The notes under the pieces: generated by a model
Told to the model about the DNA's origin: nothing
Databases searched by the model: none
Seen by the model: only the letters and a program-made list of their open reading frames with translations
Made by a program: the position numbers and the translations under genes
Shown: one piece after another, positions 32,131-39,331 of the stretch
How positions within the stretch are numbered: position 1 is the stretch's first letter
Layout of the letters: the number at the start of each line of letters is the position of its first letter
From: an uncultured Verrucomicrobiae bacterium
GTDB taxonomy: Bacteria > Verrucomicrobiota > Verrucomicrobiia > Chthoniobacterales > UBA10450
Direction of reading: 5' to 3'
Length of the DNA stretch: 64,000 nucleotides
Assembly: GCA_963772365.1 (NCBI GenBank)
Contig: CAVYXA010000005.1
Span: 255,264 to 319,263 of the forward strand

Positions 32131-34041
32131 GTGAGTGAACGTTCTTCTACCGTTGCAGGAAGCTCCGACCGAGCCGATCTCCGCCCCGAAAATATCCAGG
32201 ACGCCGTGATCCGCCTGGCCGGCAATTCCCAGGATGGAATTCAAACTGCCGGCGCGTTTTTAGCCCGTCTCGCCGGCCGCAGCGATCAGGATGTCATGAC
32301 GTACATGACAATCCCAGCCACGATTTCGGGCGGACCGTCGATCTTCCAGGTCCGGATTGGTTCCGGCGAAGTGTTATCTGCCGGTGATGAAGCCGATTTC
32401 CTGGTCGCATTTTATCAGCACAGCTATCAGGACCACGTCAATTTCCTCAAGGAAGGCGGCGTCCTTCTTTACGACTCCGATAACGTCCAGCCGAACCTCG
32501 ACGATAAACGTTACGTTTACGTCGGAGTGCCGATTACCGGCCTGACAGTGGAAGCGCTCGGCGGCACGGCCAGGGACAAGGGAAAAAACATTTTCGTGCT
32601 CGGATTGATCTGCAAAATATTCAGTCTCGATGTCGAGAAACTTGAGCGGCTCATCACCGAGAAATTTTCCGGCAAAGACAAGAGCATCGCGAACACGGCG
32701 CTGATGGCGTTCCATGCCGGATATGCTTACCCGGTCGGCAAAGTCCTGACTCATCAATACCAGTTTGAGAGGATCGAGAAATCTGGCGGTCGCGCCCAGA
32801 TCACCATGGATGGCAATCAGGCGCTCGCTTATGGCCTCATCGCCGGCGGCGTTCGTTTCGGCGCTGGTTATCCGATCACGCCTTGGTCGTCGGTTATGGA
32901 AGTTTTGCGAAGCGAGCTGCCAAAATACGGTGGTATTTTCGTTCAGGCGGAGGACGAGCTGGCATCGGTTTCTATCGCGCTCGGCATGTCGTTTTCGGGA
33001 TGGCTGGCGGTGACCGGCAGCGCCGGGCCGGGCATCTCGCTCAAAGCCGAGGCGATCGGTTGGGCATCGATGGCGGAGATCCCGCTCGTCATTTGCAACA
33101 TTCAGCGCGGTGGTCCGAGCACCGGTTTGCCGACAAATGTCGAGCAGAGCGATCTGCACCAGGCGATTTTCGGCAGTCACGGAGACAGCCCACGCGTGGT
33201 ACTCGCGGCGCGGAGCGTGGAAGATTGTTTTTACATCGCTATCGAAGCTGCGCGAATCGCGAGAAAGTATTCCACGCCGGTGTTCATTTTGAGCGATAGC
33301 TCGCTGGCCACGCGGATCGAAGCGTTCGACGAACCGGAATTGTCGAAGCTAATGATCGATCCCAAACCCGATCTCACCCCGCGGCAGACACACAAACCGT
33401 ATCCGATCGACCAAATCACTCAACATCTCGCGCCCGGCACGCGCATTCTCGATGGGAAATATCCGCTCGTCGGCGGGCTCGAGCACGACGAGATGGGTCA
33501 TCCCACCGGCAGCCCGAAATTGCACATGGCCATGACCGCCAAGCGTCGCAACAAATTGCGCAAACTGGCCGAGGAACTTCCAACGCCCGAAGTTTATGGC
33601 GATCAGAAAGGCGACACCTTACTGGTCGGTTGGGGATCCACTTACGGACCGGTTCATGATGCGGTGAAACAAGCGCGGGAGCACGGCGAGAAATGTGGCG
33701 CGCTTCATTTGCGGCATCTGCATCCGTTGCCGAATGGGTTGGAAAAAATCTGGCCGAACTTCAAACGGATCGTGACCGTCGAGATGAATGATCAAGGCCT
33801 GTACGGTTACGGTCAGCTCGCTACCCTTCTTCGCGCCCGCTATTGCGAACCGAAGATCACCAGCTTCACTAAGACCGATGGACTCACCTTCCGCGTCAAA
33901 GAAATTTTGGAAGGCGTGTTCAAAGGAAAATCATTCGCCGCCCGGCATATCCCGCGCGAGGGCGCAGCGGTAGTCCACCACGATACCGCGCCCGAGGCTG
34001 TGAAGACGCTGAAAGAAGTCGTGCCGCAGGGAGCGGGATAA
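32131..34041 (+). CDS. korA: 2-oxoacid:acceptor oxidoreductase alpha subunit
   Basis: YPITPWS, QAEDE, GPGISLK, QRGGPSTGLPT, GLEHD, GWGST. Confidence 0.9.
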   Translation: MSERSSTVAGSSDRADLRPENIQDAVIRLAGNSQDGIQTAGAFLARLAGRSDQDVMTYMTIPATISGGPSIFQVRIGSGEVLSAGDEADFLVAFYQHSYQDHVNFLKEGGVLLYDSDNVQPNLDDKRYVYVGVPITGLTVEALGGTARDKGKNIFVLGLICKIFSLDVEKLERLITEKFSGKDKSIANTALMAFHAGYAYPVGKVLTHQYQFERIEKSGGRAQITMDGNQALAYGLIAGGVRFGAGYPITPWSSVMEVLRSELPKYGGIFVQAEDELASVSIALGMSFSGWLAVTGSAGPGISLKAEAIGWASMAEIPLVICNIQRGGPSTGLPTNVEQSDLHQAIFGSHGDSPRVVLAARSVEDCFYIAIEAARIARKYSTPVFILSDSSLATRIEAFDEPELSKLMIDPKPDLTPRQTHKPYPIDQITQHLAPGTRILDGKYPLVGGLEHDEMGHPTGSPKLHMAMTAKRRNKLRKLAEELPTPEVYGDQKGDTLLVGWGSTYGPVHDAVKQAREHGEKCGALHLRHLHPLPNGLEKIWPNFKRIVTVEMNDQGLYGYGQLATLLRARYCEPKITSFTKTDGLTFRVKEILEGVFKGKSFAARHIPREGAAVVHHDTAPEAVKTLKEVVPQGAG

Positions 34042-34124
34042 GGATGTTTGATGTAAGATTTTTGATATTTGATTGAGCGCCTCAACTTTTTAACAATTCA
34101 GCGATTTAACCATTTAACGATTCG

Positions 34125-35084
34125 ATGAGTGACGAACAAAAACCAAACGGCGACGGCGCGACGGCAGTCGCCGCACCACTGCGAGAAAAACTAACTAAGA
34201 AAGCGATCACGGCCGATCATCCGACCTGGTGTCCCGGCTGCGGCGATTTCGCCGTGCTGGCGTCATTCTACAAAGTTCTCGAGAAACGCCAGCTCGATCA
34301 CGAGAAAATTGTCACTCTTGCCGGCATCGGTTGTTCATCGCGGTTTCCCTATTTCGTCAATGGTTACGGCGCCCACTTTATCCATGGCCGCGGTGTCCCG
34401 ATCGCCAGTGGGATCAGTTTGGCCCGACCCGATCTGCACGTGTTCCTGTTTGGCGGTGATGGCGACGGCTTCTCGATTGGCGGCAATCATGTCGATCACG
34501 GCGGACGCAAAAACATCAACATGACCTATTTCATCATGGACAACTTTGTCTATGGCCTGACCAAGAAACAGACTTCGCCCACGTCGCCTATAGGGTTCAA
34601 GTCCAAGACCGATCCCACCGGCGCCATCGATCATCCGGTGAATCCGATGAAAAAACTGATCGCCGGCGGAGCCACCTTCATCGCCCGGACCCATGCCGCG
34701 CAGGTCAATCACATGATCCAAATGATGGAGCGCGCGATGGACCATCAAGGGTTCAGCGTGATCGAATGTCTGAGTGAATGCGTCGAATTTTATCCGGGCG
34801 CATTCGACCCGGGCAACCCGCGCAAAGGCGGAAGCTTCGAGTTGATCCAGGAAAAGAAATGGGACGGCACGCCTGAAGATGAGTTAAGACACGATGTCAC
34901 CGACGAACTCGCAGCCTACAAGCTCGCGCAGCTCCCGTTCCCTGGCGTCTTCGGCGTTTTCTACGAATCCGATCGTCCGACCAAAAACGCGCTCGAGAAA
35001 AAATGGATCGAGAACACACGCGAACGGTTGGGCAACGCGACCGATGTCGAAATCTTACAAAAGACCTTCGACAAAATTAAATGA
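34125..35084 (+). CDS. korB: 2-oxoacid:ferredoxin oxidoreductase beta subunit
   Basis: WCPGCGD, GIGCSSR, HGR, GDGD, YGLTKKQTSPT. Confidence 0.9.
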   Translation: MSDEQKPNGDGATAVAAPLREKLTKKAITADHPTWCPGCGDFAVLASFYKVLEKRQLDHEKIVTLAGIGCSSRFPYFVNGYGAHFIHGRGVPIASGISLARPDLHVFLFGGDGDGFSIGGNHVDHGGRKNINMTYFIMDNFVYGLTKKQTSPTSPIGFKSKTDPTGAIDHPVNPMKKLIAGGATFIARTHAAQVNHMIQMMERAMDHQGFSVIECLSECVEFYPGAFDPGNPRKGGSFELIQEKKWDGTPEDELRHDVTDELAAYKLAQLPFPGVFGVFYESDRPTKNALEKKWIENTRERLGNATDVEILQKTFDKIK

Positions 35085-35085
35085 T

Positions 35086-35179
35086 CGGATAGCGCGTGCT
35101 TCTCGCCTGCTATCGCCAGTCCGGTCGCAGACTCGTGGTGGCGAGCTCGGACTTTGCGCGCCTCGCGCAAACAAACTTT
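35086..35179 (+). repeat. REP-like element (GATAGCGCG…CAAACAAACTTT family) with inner hairpin
   Basis: Shares 5' G(G/A)TAGCGC..GC.T(C)TCGC.TGCT and 3' (A)AACTTT with 37409-37463. Confidence 0.45.
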
Positions 35180-35192
35180 TGTGCCTGTAGTT

Positions 35193-35798
35193 ATGAGATC
35201 GGCCGATAAAGAACAATTGCGGCGGCTGCTCCAGGAAAGGTCCGTCTGCCAGGGCGAGTTCACGCTTGCCTCCGGGGTCAGGAGCGATTTTTACGTGGAC
35301 GCGCGCCTGACGACGTTTGATCCGCAGGGCGCGTGTCTCATCGGCCAGATAGGATGGAAGCTCATTACAGAAACAGCTTCAAAATTAAAGCAGAACGTTA
35401 ATGCCATCGGTGGCCTAACGATGGGGGCCGATCCGATTGCACTCAGCATTGGCATCGCCGCCCGGCAGCACGATCCATCCATTCCTCTGCGGGTTTTTAC
35501 TGTGCGCAAGACTGTGAAAGAACACGGCCGACAAAGGCGTATCGAGGGCAATTTTTCAGAGGGCGATTCCGTCGTAATTGTCGATGATGTGATTACGACC
35601 GGCGGTTCGACCCTGCAGGCCATCGACGCCGTTGAAGCGGCCGGAGGAAAAATAGCGTTCGTGATGGTTCTTGTAGATCGACAGGAGGGTGGCCGGGAAA
35701 ATATCGAGCAGCGCGGTCATCCGGTGGTGTCGATTTTCACTCGTGAGGATCTCATCGGGAAAGATGCCGACCGACCATCGCGCATCTCGATTGCCTGA
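35193..35798 (+). CDS. pyrE: Orotate phosphoribosyltransferase
   Basis: FTLASG.RSDFYVD, GGLTMGADP, VRK..KEHG, IVDDVITTGGS. Confidence 0.92.
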   Translation: MRSADKEQLRRLLQERSVCQGEFTLASGVRSDFYVDARLTTFDPQGACLIGQIGWKLITETASKLKQNVNAIGGLTMGADPIALSIGIAARQHDPSIPLRVFTVRKTVKEHGRQRRIEGNFSEGDSVVIVDDVITTGGSTLQAIDAVEAAGGKIAFVMVLVDRQEGGRENIEQRGHPVVSIFTREDLIGKDADRPSRISIA

Positions 35799-35859
35799 CC
35801 CGCTGTAGCGGCGGTCTATGACCGTCGATCTCGTAATCCTCAGACGGCGCGCTCTCTTT

Positions 35860-37362
35860 TTAAACTCCGGGAATCACGGTCGCCTCCGCCATTTCAACGG
35901 CGGGCACTTCGGCCTTATCGGTAATCAGCCGGCGCAAGAATGGAATCAGCACCACCAGGGCGATGCCGACCGCGAGACTACCCGCGCCGAGCTCGGCGAA
36001 AAGTTTCGCGTACCCGGCATTGGTCGCGGCCGCTGTGGTGCCAGTCGGTTCGGGGATCATGCCCGAGAAATCTCCCGCGAAGAGCGACGCGAGCCCGGTC
36101 ACGAGCATCCAACTGCCCATCATGATTCCCTGGTATTGTCTCGGCGCGAGTTTGCCAATCATCGCGTATCCGATGGGAGAGATGAGCAGCTCACCAATGC
36201 TTTGGAGCACGTAGCTCGCGAACAGCCACACGAACGCGCTCTTGCCATCGACGCCGGCCAGCTTGATCCCTATCGGGAGAATGAGAAAGGCGACCGCCAT
36301 TAACAGCAGCGACGCCGCGAACTGTTTCGGGATGTCGATCCTCCACCCACGCGCGCGGAGGCGAACGAAGAGCGCTGCGAATATCGGCCCGCCGACTACG
36401 ATGCAGACAGTGTTGATGTTCTGAATCCATTGCGGCTGGATCGTCACCGGCCCAACGATCAAGTTCACGTTGTGGACCGCGAACAGCATCAGGCCGTTCG
36501 GCGCCATCTGATAGAGCGACCAGAACATCAGCGAGCCCAGGGTCAGAATCAGGTAGGCCGTCATGTTCCGCTTTTCCCGGCGATCCGAGTGGCGGACAGT
36601 GAGATAAATCAGCGTGAGCGCGACCGCGGCGCAGATTCCTTTGATCAGCAATTCGGTGCTGCCGGGTCGCTGGAGCATAAACCACACGACGGGAACCAGG
36701 CCGAAGAGAATTGCAATGCCGCCGAGCGAGCGCACCTGGAACTGTTTCGGGGTCGTGTCGAGCAACGGCGTATTGCGATCGGTCAACGTCTTCCAATTGA
36801 ACAGGGCGATGATGATGGCGACGAAATTGCCTAACGTGGCGAAAATGAACAGGCTCGAGTAACTTTCAGTGGCCTGGAAATGGCCGGCCACGGTGAACCC
36901 GACGAAGAACCCGACGTTCATGCCGGCGTAGTTCCAGAGAAAAGCGCTTTCGCGGCGGGGATCTTCGGGGGTGAATCGCTGGGTCAACATCATGTTGATG
37001 CAGGTGACATTGAGACCGCTGCCGGTAAGGAACAGGGCAAGACCGACGTAGAACAGTGCGAGCGTACCGGTCGCGATACAGGCGCACCCGATCACCTGCA
37101 ACGCCATGCCCCCCACGAACAGGTTCCGGTTCGACAGGAAACGTCCGCCCAGGTAACCCCCGAAGAGGTGCAGGCCATAGTTGAAAGCGCCAAATACGCC
37201 CATCAACGTAGTGGCTATTTTCACCGGGAGCTGCAAATGCTTCGTCGCGTAGAGAACCAGGGTCGAGTAAAGAACGGCGAACCCAAGCGTCGCGAAGATC
37301 TGAATAAAGAACAGCACAGCCGTTCCCGGAACTGCGGAGAACCGGTGTTTGAGCGAATTCAT
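35860..37362 (-). CDS. POT/PTR family oligopeptide:H+ symporter
   Basis: GGYLGGRFL, RRESAFLWNYAGMNVG, GELLISPIG; multi-TM. Confidence 0.88.
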   Translation of the reverse strand: MNSLKHRFSAVPGTAVLFFIQIFATLGFAVLYSTLVLYATKHLQLPVKIATTLMGVFGAFNYGLHLFGGYLGGRFLSNRNLFVGGMALQVIGCACIATGTLALFYVGLALFLTGSGLNVTCINMMLTQRFTPEDPRRESAFLWNYAGMNVGFFVGFTVAGHFQATESYSSLFIFATLGNFVAIIIALFNWKTLTDRNTPLLDTTPKQFQVRSLGGIAILFGLVPVVWFMLQRPGSTELLIKGICAAVALTLIYLTVRHSDRREKRNMTAYLILTLGSLMFWSLYQMAPNGLMLFAVHNVNLIVGPVTIQPQWIQNINTVCIVVGGPIFAALFVRLRARGWRIDIPKQFAASLLLMAVAFLILPIGIKLAGVDGKSAFVWLFASYVLQSIGELLISPIGYAMIGKLAPRQYQGIMMGSWMLVTGLASLFAGDFSGMIPEPTGTTAAATNAGYAKLFAELGAGSLAVGIALVVLIPFLRRLITDKAEVPAVEMAEATVIPGV

Positions 37363-37408
37363 CCCGTCGCCATTTGGACTGCGACCCCGAACAATGTCAA
37401 GGCAGCTC

Positions 37409-37463
37409 TGGGTAGCGCATGCGCGTCGCGTGCTGGTTTCGGCGTCTCGCCGAGACGAACTTT
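37409..37463 (+). repeat. GTAG-type REP-like element
   Basis: GGTAGCGCATGCGCGTCGCGTGCTGGTTTCGGCGTCTCGCCGAGACGAACTTT, two hairpins. Confidence 0.55.
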
Positions 37464-37476
37464 CCTTCCCAACCAA

Positions 37477-37875
37477 TTATTGCTGGGCCAGCAATTCCAA
37501 GAATTCACGTGGCGAGAGGATTCGGGTGCCATGAAATTTTTTGAGCACCAATAAATCGTCGTCGCCGGTGACGATGATGTCGGCCTTGCCGGCAAGAGCG
37601 GTTGCCAGCACGACCTCGTCCTCTTTGTCGCGGCAAACACGTCTGGCAAGCGGCTGCGGCTCGACAAATTCACAGAGATCGGTGTATGCGGCCAAGGCAG
37701 CTCGCGTCGCCGGGCCAATCTTATGCCGACGGGCGAGAAGCAATTCGAGTTCCTGCTTTAAAGGGCCCGACCAGATCGTGATACAATCGCTGAATGCCTC
37801 ATCCAGCACTTCCTCACAGAAACCTTTAGCCGCAAGCGCCCAATACAGCACCTTGGTGCCAAAGACGACTCTCAC
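37477..37875 (-). CDS. PIN-domain toxin
   Basis: RVVFGTKVL (degenerate DTNV), CRDKEDEVVLATA, IVTGDDDLL, ILSPREF. Confidence 0.8.
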   Translation of the reverse strand: MRVVFGTKVLYWALAAKGFCEEVLDEAFSDCITIWSGPLKQELELLLARRHKIGPATRAALAAYTDLCEFVEPQPLARRVCRDKEDEVVLATALAGKADIIVTGDDDLLVLKKFHGTRILSPREFLELLAQQ

Positions 37876-38090
37876 GAGACGATCTTAAACACATCTTCAT
37901 CTGTGTAGATGCCTTTGGCGCGTGCTTGAGGAACAAGCTCCCGTCGAGCAGCTCGAAGCGAACGCCGGAAAATATCGGCCTTGATAGCGCGACGAACGTA
38001 CTCGCTGCTGGTCACACCTTCAGCCTTGGCCATCTTTTCCAGACCACGCCGCAACTCTTTCGGCAAACTGATGGTGAGCGTCTCTCTCAT
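37872..38090 (-). CDS. Ribbon-helix-helix (CopG) antitoxin
   Basis: TLTISLPKEL…SEYVRRAI…GIYTDEDV; 4-nt overlap with PIN gene. Confidence 0.82.
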   Translation of the reverse strand: MRETLTISLPKELRRGLEKMAKAEGVTSSEYVRRAIKADIFRRSLRAARRELVPQARAKGIYTDEDVFKIVS

Positions 38091-38154
38091 GTGTAAGACA
38101 GTTTAGCACAGCGACGATCATCAATGAAAAGTGGCAAAATCTGATTCTGAAACC

Positions 38155-38475
38155 ATGATGGAAACACCGATGCAACCCGATCCTCGCGATTACGAAATCC
38201 GCATCTGGTATTCGGCGGAGAAGGGCGATGAATGGAGCGACTGGGCTGAGCGACATACAAGGTAAAGCTGCGAGGGAAGCAGCGAGCGAGTGTGGGCAAC
38301 GAGCGAGTTTCAATGCTTCATCGCCCAAGTGGTCGAATGGCCCGGCATCATGGCGCACGGCGAGACGCGCGAAGAAGCCGCGCGCCAAATTCAGCTTGCC
38401 TTGGAAGGCGCGCTCAAAATCGCAGCCGAACAAGGCGTCAAACCCCCAGCGCCCGCGCTGGCCCACGCCTCCTGA
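38155..38475 (+). pseudogene. HicB-family antitoxin interrupted by an 81-bp insertion
   Basis: YEIRIWYSAEKGDE|CFIAQVVEWPGIMAHGETREEA…PPAP once 38235-38315 is removed; the insert carries an in-frame TAA. Confidence 0.75.
38231..38315 (+). mobile_element. Short MITE/REP-like insertion with flanking AATG direct repeat
   Basis: AATG at 38231-34 and 38312-15; second diverged copy at 46190-46271 (-). Confidence 0.65.
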
Positions 38476-38550
38476 TCTCTGCTCAATCCCTGCTTGCCAC
38501 GCCGGCTCGTCACGCCATAGCAAAGCGTCGCAGAAGCTGCCCGTAGGCCG

Positions 38551-38635
38551 GTCAAGATTTGCTGACTGACCCCCAATTCCCGACCTGACCCCCAATTCCC
38601 GACCAGATTTGCTGACTGACCCCCAATTCCCGACC
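38551..38635 (+). repeat. CTGACCCCCAATTC site with nested tandem duplications (left boundary)
   Basis: 31-, 19- and 31-bp units all ending …CCCCAATTCCCGACC. Confidence 0.85.
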
Positions 38636-38672
38636 GGATCGGTCTATCTTTTCCAGCTCTTCCGCCGCTAAA

Positions 38673-39248
38673 CTACCTGGCGCGGTTGAGGCGGACTCCG
38701 ACTGCGCCCAAGGCGAGCAGGCTAAGACCTGCCAAGGCGAGGGTTGACCCGGTTTCCGGAACCGCCGGGCTCGTCCCACCCACGTGCACGCTTTCGCCCA
38801 TGCTGCCGTATTCGCCGCCCAGGTAGGTGATCGCTCCACCAGGGCCACCGAGGTTGAGCGAGAACCAGCCGACGTTGCCATTAAAACTGAATCCGACAAA
38901 CGCTGTGCCAGTCGCAGCAGCACTAAAACCATTACCTGCAGCAATAAAGGGTGCACCCATAAAAGTGCCGGCGTTCAAAGTCGAGCTGGCATTAACAAGT
39001 TGCACTCCCGTCAAAGAACCTTGCACCAGCGTTTTGCCAAAGAAGTCGTTAAATTGCGAGAAATTGGCACCAACTTGATCGATCAAAATTGGAACTATAA
39101 AGTAACCAGGTCCAGGATTGTACGAATTTATGTTTGGTGTAAATGTCAGGTCGATGATGTCTGCCTGTAACTCGGGCGCGGCATACATGGAGGCCATGGC
39201 CGCACCAAATGCGGCAGCGACTGCGGTGGGCATTTTGCGCTTCTTCAT
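38673..39248 (-). CDS. VPxSG/VPETG-CTERM (PEP-CTERM-like) surface protein
   Basis: N-terminal leader MKKRK…ELQA; C-terminal VPETGSTL + TM + RLNRAR. Confidence 0.82.
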   Translation of the reverse strand: MKKRKMPTAVAAAFGAAMASMYAAPELQADIIDLTFTPNINSYNPGPGYFIVPILIDQVGANFSQFNDFFGKTLVQGSLTGVQLVNASSTLNAGTFMGAPFIAAGNGFSAAATGTAFVGFSFNGNVGWFSLNLGGPGGAITYLGGEYGSMGESVHVGGTSPAVPETGSTLALAGLSLLALGAVGVRLNRAR

Positions 39249-39331
39249 GGGGCGGTTTAAGTTTCGTGGGCAATGCCTGTCAAGCTTTTTTTAAACAATC
39301 TCTAAGAATTTCTACAAATACGACCCCACGG

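Noticed and set aside
32374..33180. Long antisense ORFs (here and e.g. 30394, 36880, 39869, 41696, 55605)
   Set aside because: Shadows of well-supported genes on the opposite strand in GC-rich DNA, with no motifs.
34044..34122. AT-rich 7/8-mer repeats between korA and korB as a regulatory array
   Set aside because: Short and degenerate (TTTAACAA/TTCAGCGA/TTTAACCA/TTTAACGA), with no evidence of function.
38551..38635. CRISPR array (also 43391-43559)
   Set aside because: Units abut with no unique spacers, and there are no cas genes in the window.
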